A stretch of 64,000 nucleotides of DNA from Flaccisagitta enflata. Its lineage: Eukaryota. Location of the stretch: assembly GCA_965153355.1 (NCBI GenBank), contig OZ231126.1, positions 36,518,001-36,582,000 of the forward strand, read 5' to 3'. Below, in pieces: positions 1 to 15,156 of this stretch (positions are counted from its first letter, which is position 1; each line of letters begins with the position of its first letter). The notes below the pieces were generated by a model that saw only the letters and a list, made by a program, of their open reading frames with translations, ran no database searches and was not told where the DNA came from. The position numbers were made by a program, and so were the translations under genes.

Positions 1-870
1 TAAGTCAATCTCATTTTTAGGACTAGTAGACCCTAGTTATTGGTTTGTTAGTCCTAATTAAAAAAGGGTGACTCAAATATTAAAGACTAGTACACTCTGT
101 TTCAGGGTTTACTACTCCTAAACAATCAATGAACAAAATATTAAGTATGTATATCATACTATTACATCAGATCTAAATTCTTGAAAATCAACAAATTATC
201 ATATGCAATGATTAATGGTTGAGATTACAGTTGGCTGTAAACTGATAAATCAAAATGTTAATGCAGGCTATAACTAACAACTGGATGTGCTTACATTACA
301 GTTAGCTTTAACACTTTTTATAAAATTACAGTACGCTGTAATTCAAATCCCCGGTTTTTTCATACATTATCTTATTCTTTTTCAAGAAATAAAATCAAAG
401 CTAATGTTATGATAAATACATCTATAATGTTCTGTCCATTGACTGTAAATTGAAGATTTGGTTATTAGGACTAGTAGGCCTTTTTTAGGACTTACCATGT
501 CAGTTATTCAACTAGATATTTGATGTCATCGTTTTTCTTTAGGACTAGTAAACCCTTGCACAACAAATATTCAGTGTCAGCCAGCATAACTTTTACCTTT
601 AGGACTATAAAACCCTCCTCTTAGGACTAGAGGACCCACTCATTTGTTTAGGACTAGTAGACCTTAGAACTAATAGACCCTTTATCCTAGTTGCTTTTAG
701 GACTTATAGACCCCAATCTTAGGACTATCTGACCCTCCTATGTCAAGTGCTGTAGGACTAGTAAACCCTAGGACTAAAAAACCTTAGGACTAATTAATCT
801 TAGGACTAGTAGACCCTAGGACTAACGGGTCTTAGTACCAAGTATCTTAGGACTAATAGGAGGTTCCCCG
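1..870. repeat. Array of short degenerate direct repeats (core TAGGACTAGTAGACC), probably the subterminal arm of a DNA transposon cut by the window edge
   Basis: The motif aggacta(g/a)ta(g/a)acc recurs many times, most densely at 540-860, and stops abruptly at ...aggactaataggaggttcccc (~870). Confidence 0.6.
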
Positions 871-1734
871 GAAAACGCATCGAGATTCTCGATCCTGATC
901 GGGCCTCTTCTACCTTCCATAGAGAGTATTAGATCAAAGTTTATTGTCTGTTGGTCGTTGGTTGGTTGGTTAGTCGGTAACGCAAACGTTTGACAATCCA
1001 CACGACGCACCTATTGGCCTACTTGGCCTGGTTTAGTAGCGTGCCACGCATCTTTATAAGCCACTTTTTGGTTGGTCCATCAGTCGGTGGGTCTGTCTAT
1101 CGTTCCTATTTGTCATTTCTTCGCATTTTGGGCGTGGCCGCTTCTGCCAAAGTGCCTAAATAGCCCCCTAAATTACTGCCCCTGTCCACCTAGCACCTGC
1201 ACGCGACTAAGGTTACTCTGTATCCGGCCTTTTTTTCTACTTCGCGCTCGCTTGCCACTGAATACATATTGATCGTACTTACGTAATATGTATCCATTTA
1301 TGCGTTACCAAAGGTTTCAGAGACCAGTGCCCCTGTGGCTCGGCCCTGACTGCCCCTGACCGCCCCTGACCATCATCTAACCCATCTAACGTCAAATCAC
1401 CGGTGTTCTTCTTTCTGTTTACGTCTTTACAAAAATTCTGAAGATGTCGTTTGTACGAGAAATGTCTCATTTCCAAAAGAGCATCGGTTGACGGGGTCTA
1501 AACTCGACTCTTCTTTGACAAAGAACCTTGTTTACCGATAAAGGCGGCTCTCGCCGGCTGGAAAAAAGTCGTAAATGGGAGTCTCTTTTTTTATTGCATC
1601 TTCTTCTGTGTGTATCTCATGATGTCTGGTTGACTGCCTGCCTGTTTTTGTCACTCAATCTGTTTCTCTGCACCTCTTTTTTGGTCTTCCTTTGTCTTTG
1701 AGTATGTGTGTGTGTGCTTGCATGTATCTGTGTG

Positions 1735-2250
<516 letters not shown>

Positions 2251-2266
2251 AGCAGAATAAAATGCA

Positions 2267-2923
2267 AAAGCTAGCGTCATAAAATCAGGGTCAATTTGTG
2301 TAACATCCTGACCCTTCTGTCTTGTTACATAGGGCCAAAAAATAGGATCAATGAAAAATCTTGATTATCGCAGAAATGCAAAAAAATAAAAAAAGATTTA
2401 AAAAATTCATAGCGTCAAAAGTAATGATCGTAGAGACTTCTGGTTGGCGCCATTTGAAAGAGAAAAAAGAGCTCTTTCTTAGCTGGGAATATCAAAAAAT
2501 GTATCATCCCAGCCCAAAATTAGCCTAACTTTCTAAAATTGCCCCACACCAAAAATGGAAAACTTTATTTCTCCCCTACGTTTCAAAAAGTTGAATTACG
2601 TAATTCGACTTTTTTCCAAAAAGAATATTGAGGCTCAAATGTGGAAAAAAATAAGAATGATTTTAAAAACATTGTCAGCCTTAAGATAAGGAGAAAATAT
2701 AAGAACATTTACATTTTCTCTTTGCTAATTAGGGAATTGGAGTGAAGAAAAAGAATCTCTGAAGTGAGACTGCATAATTGAATTTTTTTTTATTTCTTTG
2801 CATTTTTTGCATTTTTCACAAAGATCAAAATTTTTCATTGATCCTAATTTTGAGCCCTGTATAACAAAAAAGGAAAGTCAGCATGTTACGCACATTGATT
2901 CTGACTTTTATGACGCTAGCTTT
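2267..2923. mobile_element. MITE / foldback element with nested inverted repeats
   Basis: aaagctagcgtcataaaatcag...gtaacat (from 2267) is mirrored by atgttacg...ctgacttttatgacgctagcttt (to 2923). An inner pair, agggccaaaaaataggatcaatgaaaaat / atttttcattgatcctaattttgagccct, is also present. No ORF. Confidence 0.65.
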
Positions 2924-2991
2924 CAAGTAACTCACATTTTACCCTGCTTGCTCATGGTTTTTGATGATGAACAAGTGGCCTGTATCTTTCC

Positions 2992-3062
<71 letters not shown>

Positions 3063-3066
<4 letters not shown>

Positions 3067-3566
3067 GTTGCGGACACGCAACTCTATAAGAGGCTTTGTC
3101 CGTCTGTCGGTTGGTCGGTTGGTCGGTCGGTCGGTTCGTAGAGGTGATCAAGTCGAAAAGTGGGAAAACGCGCATATCCGCCCCAGACATACACTGATAC
3201 AGATTGTAGAGAAGCGGGAAGCGCCGCTTCTCCAAAGCAGGCTGACAGAGTCGGAAGATCATGCAATATGGCAGTGGAAAAAATTTTCAAGAATGAAATT
3301 TTGTTTTGGAAGAGCACATAAACAGTTGTCACAAGTCATTTTCTAGTTGGATCATCTAAAAATTCTGTGTTTTCCCCCAAAATATAGCATTTTCAAGATT
3401 GATTTTACAAGAAAGACTTGATTTTTTTGTGAAATCACTATTTTAGACTGTACTACGCTTGTCGGAAGCTTGCAAAAAGAATTTTTTGCTCCCGGAAGCT
3501 TGGAAGAATATCAGTATCTGAATTCCGCCCCTGCCCGCAACTGGTGGCCGTGTATCCGGCCTTGTT
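3063..3566 (+). mobile_element. DINE-1/HINE-like (Helentron-associated) non-autonomous element
   Basis: 5' hairpin tagttgcggacacgcaact, (GTCY/GGTC)n tetranucleotide tract and 3' hairpin ggccgtgtatccggcc followed by ttgtt; the same layout recurs across the window. Confidence 0.6.
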
Positions 3567-3675
3567 CTCTCTCTTTCTCTCTCGGTCGCTCGTTCTTTCT
3601 CTTTTTCTTAGCATTTACGACTTGATTCCTACGGCGATTAGCCGCCTTTATTGGTAAAGGTTGACTTCAATTCAA

Positions 3676-4005
3676 GGGTGTATATAATTGAGCGGCTTTT
3701 GATTTTATTCCCCCCCCTGCCTTTGATTTTCTTCCCCGCGCGGCGTCACGTCGAGTGACAAAATCTATGATTTTCTTCCCTACAAAGCAATAAAACAGTA
3801 TATCATAGGTTTAAATATTGTTGAAATGTGTTGTAGTAATCAGATACTACCATTTGGAACTACCAAAAGTTTTGGATCTTCAAAAATTTTCTTTTTTCTT
3901 CTTTTCTAGCTTATGATTTTTTTCCCCATCTCCAAACCCTTTGATTGTATTCCCCGCCACGGGGGGGGGGGGGGGGGGAGGGGAAACACTAACTTTATAC
4001 ATGCC
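3676..4005. mobile_element. MITE, same family as 10755-11025
   Basis: Starts gggtgtatataattgagcggcttt and ends ttatacatgcctg; internal blocks such as cccatctccaaaccctttgatt are shared with 10755-11025. Confidence 0.55.
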
Positions 4006-4255
4006 TGCTTCAATTAGTTTTGCACTTGAATTTGAGTTTTCTGTGATAAATATCTTAGCTCTCATATCCTTAAAGTTTTACAACTTGATCATCACGGACC
4101 GACGGACGGACGGACAAAGCGTCTTATAGAGTTGCGTGTCCGCAACTAAAAATGAGTGTATACAAAATCTTGAACAACGAGAAAGTGCGCGGTTGGGCCT
4201 TGCCTGAGCTGGGCAGGGGCAGCGCGGAAACCATTCGAAAACGTGAAATGTCAGT

Positions 4256-4948
<693 letters not shown>

Positions 4949-6705
4949 AAACAAACACTCAAGCAGAAACTGGCTGTCATCTCACTCTCGAAAATTAAGA
5001 TAATTCTTGAGCTTCATTGGTCCGTCGATGGTTTAGCTTCAATACGATTATTTCAGTCCTGCACCTTCGACAGCCCTACTAGGCGTAAGCGGCTTTGGGA
5101 GTTACTCGTCCCGTCACTTGTAGTCAGTGCAGCTGCAGTCGTGTATACCCCATTCGGAATGAACCGTGAAGCTGTGAGTTGGTCAAGGAGGATTAGGACG
5201 CCTCTCAGGTCTTGCCCTTCATTGAGTGTGTGTGTGTGTGTGTGTGTGTGATGAACTGAACATACTTGTTTACGAGCCTAAATATAGCTTCATCTCTAAT
5301 CCAGGGAAACTAACCTTGGTCACGTCAATGAGCTGGTCTAACCCGTTTGTTAATCGAAGAAATTGTTTTTACGCACTCGCACAACAGTAACCTTAACGCG
5401 CTTGTCAGCGAGCCACAGATTGGCGCGATCCCATAAATCACGCGTAAACAATTCCTTATCAACCTCATTTATCACTCGCTCCATTTGTTCGTTTGTTTTT
5501 CTCATTCAGACTTCAGATGTCGTGAGTGATGAAGGGAGCCACCGCCTGAAATGCATGTTGTTAATAATCCAAGGTTTGTTCAGCACCGCACCCCCGCTCA
5601 ACGGAAAACAAGGCCAATAAGGCCAATAGAGTGAGGGAAAGGGGGAAAGACAGTAGAAATGGACAAACATACAGTTGGACACAAAAAGACAAAGAAACAA
5701 ACAGAGAGGAAGAGAGATGAACAGAATGACAGATAGTCATCGAGGAGCGGCAAGTGGCTGACAAGGCTCAATAAAACAACCTAAGATCTAAAGTGGGAAA
5801 CTCGGTTGTATGAAGGTCAACAATCGAAAAATCAGGATGTTGTAAGTTGTAAGTTGTAACATCGAGGTTTGTGATGAAGAGGGCGTTTTCATAGAATTCA
5901 CACGCGCACGCGTGCGAGTATGAGATCGTGCGTGAAATAGCTATTTGAGCGCCTGTGTGCGAGTCTACGAGCGTGTAAAGTGCGCGTGTAAACACGCGCG
6001 GCTACGTGTGCGAGAGGTATCGCTGATCTAAGCGCACGCGCGAATTTCTTCGCGTGAGTTCGAAATTTGGTGGGCGGCAAAAAGCGAAAGGGAATCAAAG
6101 AAATTCTGGCGGAAAAACTTCAAACAAGATTTGAAGAAAAGCTTTCAAAAACATTTTTAAGCGCCCCCAAAAAATCACGGAGACGTGCTTCTTGTTTTTC
6201 ATTTTCTACCTTTATGCTCTGAAACGTCGAAATAAAACTAAAAGTTTTACGTATACCGAGAGAGGACTTCATTATCTATTATTGGAGTGAAAAATGACCT
6301 GTAAAACTGAAAAGCTGGACTAAAGAAAGATTTTTCTCGCGACCGCGATTTATCACTAAACATTTGTTTTTTTTCCAATTCTTTTCTCCTATTCTTTTTC
6401 CTTTTCCTTTTCTATTCCCTTATCCTTTTCCTTTTTCTTGATTTTTTCCTTTGCTTCTTTTCCTTTTTTTTAGATGCGTCCTCGCATCTCTATAAGAGGG
6501 TCTGTCTCTTGGTAGGTCTGTCTGTCTGTCTGTCTGTCTGAATGTCCGTCACGCGAAAATTTCAAAACGCGATTTTTAAGGTTTTCTCTTCATCTCTCTG
6601 CATGTCTCTTTATGTCTCTGATATTTCTTATTTCTCTTCGTCTCTTTTGTCTCTTTTGTCTCTTTTATCTCTTTTGTCTCCTATATGTCTTTTATGTCTC
6701 CTATA

Positions 6706-7317
6706 CAGTGCGGCTCAAAAATAAGTTTCAATCAGTTTAGTAAGCAAATATTTCAAAAGTAGTGAGTTTAGACAATTGAAATCCATGATATATTTAAACA
6801 TCTTCAAAAATTCTACAAATGTAGTCCAATCCCATTATTGTAACTTAATTTGTAAAAAAGTTATACAAGTTCAAAGAAGGGATATAATTAACCAGTACTA
6901 ACTATTGATGAAACACATCTTAGACCTTGTTTTTCTTTGATAGACTAAAAAAGAATCATGATTCATGCATCATATCCATGAGCTTTTTAAAGATCTTCAA
7001 AAAATCTACAAATCTAGACCAAGCAGAACTTTATAGCTCGATTCCTTTTCAAATGACATTAGTTTGAAGTGAATCAGTCATGTTTTCAAACAATGAAAAT
7101 ATCATCATTTTTTGCTGTTTTTCCCAAGGTAATTTTGATATGTACTACTTCAAATCAATGTCACGCCTAAACAAAAAGAGCTAGAAATCTGGGATTGGTC
7201 CCAAATTAAAGAAAACTAAAAATCCTTTAATAATCTCACTGATAAAAGGTTCTTATCTGCTATGGAACATACAAAAGACTTGTGACAAAACCTGAAACTT
7301 ATTTTTGCGCCGCACTG
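6706..7317. mobile_element. Tc1/mariner-type MITE
   Basis: TA|cagtgcggctcaaaaataagtttca ... tgaaacttatttttgcgccgcactg|TA: ~25-bp TIRs beginning CAGTG with TA on both flanks; no transposase. Confidence 0.8.
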
Positions 7318-7342
7318 TATGTCTCTTACATCTCTCATTTCC

Positions 7343-7840
7343 CTTTTTGGGCAGCGGCCCCGAAGGGGTCGATGACCTATGCTTTCACACAGGGGAATTT
7401 TCTCCTCCTCCTTCTCCTTCTCCTTCTCCTCCTCCTCCTCCTCCTTCTTCTCCGTACCCCCCTCCCCCCCCCCCACCTCCAGTCCCATATTTCAGCCTTG
7501 AAGCCCATATACCAGCCTTGTGGCCCAAATCCCAGTCTTGAGGTCCAAATCCCAACCTTTAGGCCTAAATCCCATCTTATATATAATTATAGCCAAAATC
7601 CTATCTTTGAGGCCCTAATTCCAGGGATTTGGGCCTCATGACTGGGATTTGGGCCTCGAGGCTGGGATATGGACTTCAAGGCTGAGATATGGGCCTGGAG
7701 GTGGGGGGCGGGGAAGCGGAGAAGGAGGAGGAGGAGAAGAAGGAGGAGAAAATTCCCCTGTGTGAAAGCATAGGTCATCGACCCCTTCGGGGCCGCTGCC
7801 CTGCTCCCCCCTCAACTTCAATCACAACCTACTATGGCAG
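7343..7840 (-). mobile_element. Non-autonomous element (family C, DINE/HINE-like) with internal inverted repeats and 20-bp tandem units, truncated at one end
   Basis: gcagcggccccgaaggggtcgatgacctatgctttcac and its reverse complement bracket gggatttgggcctcgaggct-type units; homologous to 18153-18764. Confidence 0.7.
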
Positions 7841-8104
7841 TGAGGAGGGGTGGGGGGAGGGGTGGGGAGGCGTGGGGGTAGGGGTGGGGAGGCGTCGGAG
7901 GGAGGGGTGGGGAGGCGTGGGGGATGGGGTGGAGAGCCGTGGGGGGGAGAGAGGAATCAGTTTATATTTTTCTCTTTATCTCTGAATCTTTATATTTTCA
8001 TATTATTATCTCCTAATATCTTTATAATTAAATAATTTGTATGATAATATCTTACATCTAAAAAGAACGCATCTACTTGACATATCTAGGCCTTGTTTCT
8101 TTTA

Positions 8105-8269
<165 letters not shown>

Positions 8270-8661
8270 ACGTTCTGCCTTCTGGAAGGTGGAAGACGTT
8301 TTTATCACGGGGCCGGGAATCCGGAAAAAGACATTCAAGAAACAATCAACCTTGAAAACATGGCGTTATTACTGCCCGGAGAAAATTTATATCGTTTAAA
8401 CAAACAAAAGGAGATAAACATTCATGGAAATGCTTAAAAAATAGGATGGAGTTAAAAAAAACCACTGCCTTATACATGAACAATAAGTAGCCGCTTAAGG
8501 GTGTGCAGGGTCAGTAATGCGGGCTGATGGGAGCAAACATACGAGTGTAACGGACCGACGGACTGACGGACCGACGGATGGACCGACAAAGCGGGGTGTA
8601 GAGTCGCGTAGCACGCGACTAAAAATACGAAAAATGCGAAAGATCGAAGGAGTAATCAAGC

Positions 8662-8709
<48 letters not shown>

Positions 8710-8784
8710 AATAAAGAGAGAAAGAGGGAACGAGAGAGAAAGAGCGAAAGAGCGAAAGAGAGAAAGAGAGAAAGAAAGAAAGAA

Positions 8785-8990
8785 AACAAGACCGGATACT
8801 CGGCTACCCTCGTCGCGTGCGGGTGGGCAGGGGCAGTGATGGAGAAGGTCACTTGGGCATTTGGGCAGGAGCAGTGAGCTCAAAATGCAAAAAAACGCTA
8901 AAAAAGTAAAATGGGGACCGACCAACCGGCCGGCCTACCGACCGACGGATGGACAAAGCGGGGTGTAGAGTCGCGTAGCACGCGACAAAA
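8785..8990 (-). mobile_element. DINE/HINE-like element
   Basis: aacaagaccggatactcggc...gtcgcgtgcgggtgggcagggg...(gacc/gacg)n...gtcgcgtagcacgcgac aaaa. Confidence 0.6.
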
Positions 8991-9836
8991 AAAGAAAGTT
9001 AGAATGAAAACTGAAAGTCGAATATGAAAACTGTGATGACGATAATTTCCGTTTATCGATGTCTATCATCTATTCTCAACTTTTCGATCCTCTATTATTC
9101 TTTTTTTTTCTTTTCTTTTTTTTTTTATTTCTTCATATTTCTTCTTTTTATTCTTCTCCGAAATCTACTAGAAAACCAAATTCTAGAAATACACGTGAAT
9201 TATGTCTTTAAGTGATGCACTTAAAATTCTGTTATGTCCTGAAATCGAGAAATGCTGCGTATGATCCATTTTTAGTCGCGTGCTACGCAACTCTTCAGCC
9301 CGCTATGTCGGTCCATCGGTCAGTTGGTCGGTCGGATGGTCGGTTGGTCCCCTTTTTACTTTTTGGGCGTTTTCCAGCTTTTTGAGCATATTGCTGCTGC
9401 CCAAATACTTTAGTGACCTTCTCCAGCCCTGCTCCTGTCCACCTGCACGCGACTTGGGTAGCCGTGTATCCGGAAATGAAGTCAAGTCTCTATAGAGTAT
9501 AGTGACCAGCAAATTTCATCAGTCGCAGGCGGATTCTGATTGCTAATGTAAAAAACAAAAACAAAAAAGAAATTGTTTGAAAGCCCTATGCTTTCATATT
9601 CGGTATAAGCGGATTTTCGTTACTTTCGGGTCCGATACAAGAGGGTTTGATCTGAGCCGGATTTGACCGCTACCGAGCCGCCCCCCTCTTGGCCTTACCC
9701 CCCCCTCTCTCGCGCTACACTCCCACTGCTAACTCTACACTCTACATTCCTTTTAAGCAAGCATGCCAAGCAAGAAATGCACGTTCAAATTGCACTTGCA
9801 CATGGTCAAGGAGCTTGAAGTTTAACTTTGAAAAAA

Positions 9837-10002
<166 letters not shown>

Positions 10003-10754
10003 AATTGCACAAACTTTTCAAAACCGAACATCGCCGCTTAGCCGCCCCTTTTTTCATCTACAGTTAATGATTGAACCCCAAACATCCAACTCTCCATCCT
10101 AAACTTATTTGAAGGAAACAAACTAATTGGTTAAGTCGGTTTCCGGATCTGGATGGAAGAGAGGTCAGAACTCCCCCAAGGCACTCGCCAGTTACCAGTA
10201 ACAATGCTCAGGCCAATTCCTTTGCTCTTTGAACCATCCTTGCACGTAGAATCCATCCCAAATCCGCGAATCAAGAGCAACAAATGAGAGAGGAGTGTTC
10301 CACATGATAATGTAATCCTGAATTCTTATCCTCGTTCCCGATCGGAAGAAGGTGTGTTGTTTTTATTGACAATAAAATGGGACCGACTTTTCCGTATTCG
10401 TTCGTGTGTCGTCATCCTGGCCCTGGGGACTAACACACACACGAACACAAAAACACACACACATACACACACATTTCCTATTTTAGGATGAGTTGATTGA
10501 TACTTATTATACGGCTTCTCGATCGGGTTCATGATTTCTCAACCCTCGTTCCAATTACTACGTAACACCGCGGGACTGGTTGATACCGCGTGGGCGGCTA
10601 ATGGATAACAGCGGATGACCCTCTCCCAACTTTAACGTATTTCACGGCCGCTAAACTAAAGAAAACTTTTCCACGCGACTCTACGAGTCACTTTGATAGT
10701 TCCTCGGTCCCTCTGTTGATGCTTTGGCCTCCGAGTTGATCAATCTTCCACTGC

Positions 10755-11025
10755 GGGGGCGTATAAAATTGAGCGGCTTTGGATTTCTTCTCCCCCCCCC
10801 CTGGTTTTTGATTTCCTTGCCCAATTTGATTTTCTACGCCATAGAGTATAAATATAGTATAAATATAAATAGTGTAAAATAGTGTTGTAGTAATCAAATC
10901 CTATATTGTGGAACTGCCAAAAGTGTAAAATCTTCTCAATTTTAATTTTTTCCTCTTTTTCACTCTTTGATTTTCTTCCCCATCTCCAAACCCTTTGATT
11001 TAATACTTAACTTTATACACGCCTG
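10755..11025. mobile_element. MITE, same family as 3676-4005
   Basis: gggggcgtataaaattgagcggcttt ... ttatacacgcctg; imperfect TIRs and shared internal sequence. Confidence 0.55.
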
Positions 11026-11809
11026 CAAACTTGGTCTTAATGCATTGCCCCCGCCCAAATTTCCGAGGGGCATTCTGCATCACTAGACGCGTTAACTGAG
11101 TCTGCCATTTTCGTTGCTGCCTTGTTTTAAAGAGAACACGGCAGTATCATGTATAGAAGAACGGACTGGTGCACATGCAGCCGGACCCTGCTGCATCTGA
11201 GGCAATTTCTCCTATAATGTGGGCCAGCTGAAAAACATGCTTTGGTAAACAAAAAAACACAGCTCCCTCCCACCAATCATTTTGTCAATGATAAAAGCTG
11301 TTCTTAGACATCCTCTAAGACCAAGTGCCCAAAATACATCCTTCATACTAAAGATTTTGATAGGTTAGGTGGCCAAAAGTAGAGTCAAATCAGCCTATTT
11401 TCCCTGCCACACTTGTGTCACACTTCATATCTACTATAATATAGTTATATAGACATCTAAAAAATTGTCAAGCCTATCCAACTATGGGTCATTTTTGTAC
11501 CATTGCTATCCCTTAAGAAGCACCAAAAATCTGATGGTGACTGGTGGTCATTTACTATGGAAATAGTTCGCTCATAGTTGATTTATCAAAAATGATGAAA
11601 TATCCAATCTTAATCTAGTAACATGCTATACACAAAACAACATACTGGAAAATTTTTTTCCCTTGTTTGATAAAGACATATACCATGTTTTTTTCATGAA
11701 ATTTATATAATGGGTGATTTTTTTCAGTACGACTTGAAAGAGTATCAAATTCTGAGCTTGGAACTAAAATTTAAAGCTAGTAGATGCAACCATCAGTTAA
11801 TAATGTTAA

Positions 11810-12046
11810 TTTTTAGTCGCATGCACGCGACCATATAACCTGCTATGTTGGTCGGTCAGTTGGTCGGTCAGTTGGTTGGTCAGTCTGTTGGTTGGTGTGT
11901 CAGTCTGTTGGTCTGTCACCTGATTAGCTTTTTCGGCATTTACAAGCGGTTTTGCATTACTGCTCCTGCCCAATAGCTTGGGCCTTTTCATCACTGCCCC
12001 TGCCCACCTGCATGCGACTTTGGTAGCCATGTATCCGGCCCTGTTT
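11810..12046 (+). mobile_element. DINE/HINE-like element
   Basis: ttttagtcgcatgcacgcgac hairpin, (GGTC/GGTT)n tract, 3' tagccatgtatccggccctgtt. Confidence 0.6.
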
Positions 12047-12354
12047 CAATGTTAACACATTCAGGCGCTTGATTTTGGCCAGCCCAGTTTGAAGGAGAAA
12101 CTGCCCTGAGAAAGACGGGAAACCGGACTAGTAACGATGCGATGACGCAACTAGAGAAATACGGTTGTAACTAAAGAAACTGATTGCATTTTTACTCTCT
12201 TTATTTCCGAAAGTTGTAAAAGGACATTCTCAATTATCTCAACTACATTGTAAAATTCAAGTTCATTGGTATACGCGGTCTGGATCTCATCGGTGACTCA
12301 CTCGTCCTCATGAAGGCCTTTAAGCAAGGTGAAATACAGTATTGGTTGCGCTGG

Positions 12355-14406
12355 TATATCGTCCCTGATTTTGGCCATGGTAATTAACAGTACTTTAACG
12401 CCGTTAATTAACACTATATAGGTACTATAAAATTAACTAAGAAAAATATTTTTTTATTTTTGAGAAATTCAATGAAAATAAGTGCTAAAAGCTGTTGTTA
12501 ATTATCAGGTACCTATATGCTGTTAATTAACATGCTATTTTTGATGTTAATTAGCACCCCATTTTATGCGTTAATTAACACAAAAAAATACAGATTATTA
12601 ACAAATTGTTAAAAATATACAATTTTTTTGTGTTAATTAACAGGTGAAATGTGGTGTTAATTAACATCAAAAACAGTGTGTAAATTAACACAAAAAAAAT
12701 ATAGATTATTAACAATTTGATCAGGTACCTATATGCTGTTAATCAATATGCTGTTTTTTATATTAATTAACACCAGATTTCATGCGTTAATTAACACACA
12801 AAAAAATATAGATTATTAAAAAATTGATCAGGTACCTCTATGCTGTTAATTAACATGCTGTTTTTGATGTTAATTAACACTACATTCCACCCGTTAATTA
12901 ACACAAAAAAACTTAGATTATTAACAAATCAATAAAGACATACAATTTTTTGGTATTAATTAATGGGTGAAATGTGGTGTTAAATAACATCAAAAACAGC
13001 CTGTTAATTAACACAGAAAAAATATAGATTATTAACAAATTGATTGGGTACATATATGCTGTTAATCAACATGCTGTTTTTGATGTTAATTAACACCAAA
13101 TTTCATGCGTTAATTAACACCAAAAAAATATTGATGATTAACAAATTGTTAAAGATATACAATTTTTTTGTATTAATTAACGGGTGAAATCTGGTGTTAA
13201 TTAACAGCATAGAGGTACCTTATCAATTTGTTAATAATCTATAATTTTTCTGTGTTAATTAACACACTGTTTTTGCTGTTAACTAACACCACATTTTATG
13301 CGTTAATCAATACAAAAAGAATATGGAATAAAAACAAATTGTTGAAAATATACAATGTTTTAGGGTTAATTTAAGAGTGAAATATGGTGTTAATTATCAT
13401 CAAAAACAGTGTGTTAATTAACACAGAAAAAATATAGATTATTAACAAATTGATCAGGTAACTCTATGCTGTTAATTAACACCACATTTCACCCGTTAAT
13501 TGATACAAAAAAATTGTATATCTTTAACAATTTGTTAATCATCAATATTTTTTTGGTGTTAATTAACGCATGAAATTTGGTGTTAATTAACATCAAAAAC
13601 AGCATGTTGATTAACAGCATATAGGTACCTGATCAATTTGTTAATAATCTATATTTTTTCTGTGTTAATTAACAGGCTGTTTTTGATGTTAATTAACACC
13701 ACATTTCACCCGTTAATTAACATCGAAAAACTGTGTCTTTATTAATTTGTTAATAATCTATGTTTATTTGTGTTAATTAACAGATGAAATGTGGTGTTAA
13801 TTACCATCAAAAACAGCATGTTAATTAACAGCATAGAGGTACCTGATTAATTTTTTGATAATCTATATTTTTTTGTGTGTTAATTAACGTATGAAATCTG
13901 GTGTTAATTAATATAAAAAACAGCATGTTGATTAACAGCATATAGGTACCTGATCAGATTGTTAATAATCTATATTTTTTTGAGTTAATTAACACACTGT
14001 TTTTGATGTTAATTAACACCACATTTTACCCGTTAATTAACACCAAAATATTATATATTCTTAACAATTTGTTAATAATCGATATTTTTTTTGTGTTAAT
14101 TAACGCATAAAATGGGGTGTTAATTAACATCAAAAATAGCATGTTAATTATCAGCATATAGGTACCTGATAATTAACAACATTTTTTAGCACTTAGTTTC
14201 ATTGAATTTCTTTTTAAAAAAATTTTTTTCTTAGTTAATTTCATGGTACCTATATACCGTTAATTAACAACTGTTTTTAAGTGTTAATTAACAGCATAAA
14301 AACTACTGTTAATTAATGGTACCTTTTTTGCCTTTTATTAACAATTTTGTTAATTAGAGGCGTTAATGTGCCGTTAATTAACGCAGGGTAAATCGCTCAC
14401 GATATA
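12355..14406. mobile_element. ~2-kb AT-rich foldback element built from GTTAATTAAC-centred subrepeats
   Basis: The ends tatatcgt...acgatata are inverted. The 12414-12700 block is the reverse complement of ~13970-14255 (e.g. ggtacctatatgctg / cagcatataggtacc; gaaattcaatgaaa / tttcattgaatttc). Dozens of palindromic gttaattaac units; no ORF. Confidence 0.75.
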
Positions 14407-14980
14407 TCTCTGGTTGCGCGTGGAGAGAAGGGGGCAATCGGTAAACGACAAGATTTGCACAGGCACACGCACGCACGCGCGCCCACTTCTTTGGATCGGA
14501 TAAGATTTTTTTTTACTGTGTAGAGAATGATTGATAAAATAACCCCATCGTTTCAAATTGATAAGTCGCGTGGCTGGAATGTTTCACTTTCAGCGGAATT
14601 CCTCATTTCCCTTCAAATCCACGGGAAGCCAACGTAAAACGAACCTAGAGTCCAGGCCAACTGGGGGTTATATTTAAGAGCACCGAAAAAAAATGTGTCT
14701 TTGTACGACTTCTCTCTAAACGATTAAGATAAATTGTCTGTAGGTTGTATATACTAAAAGAGATATTACTGTCTATGTGATTTCATTTTATACGATTACG
14801 ATTTCATGGGGAGATGAAAGAAAATGAAAGCTTGATTACACTTTTGGTTGAAACTGTCGAAATGGATGCGGAAGAAATGATTCAAGTAGCCTTTGTTGGT
14901 CAAAATTTGGACAGGTAAAACGAACGAAGCAACTATTTCAGGATTGATCCCAGTTGAAAGAGTTCAAACTCTTTCAAATA

Positions 14981-15156
14981 CAGTGGATCTCCGCAATAAC
15001 AGCCCCGCTTTTAAAGGTTCCCCGTCAATAAAGGTCAACATTTTGAGGTCAAAAATGGTAGTTTTTAATGTGATTTCACCTCTCTTTAAAAGTTATCCTG
15101 ATAAAAAGGTAAAAAATCTTCAGTCCCAATAGGGCCGATCAGGCGGGGTCCTACTG
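14981..15156. mobile_element. Short Tc1/mariner (pogo-like) MITE
   Basis: TA|cagtggatctccgc ... gcggggtcctactg|TA, imperfect TIRs with TA flanks. Confidence 0.55.
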
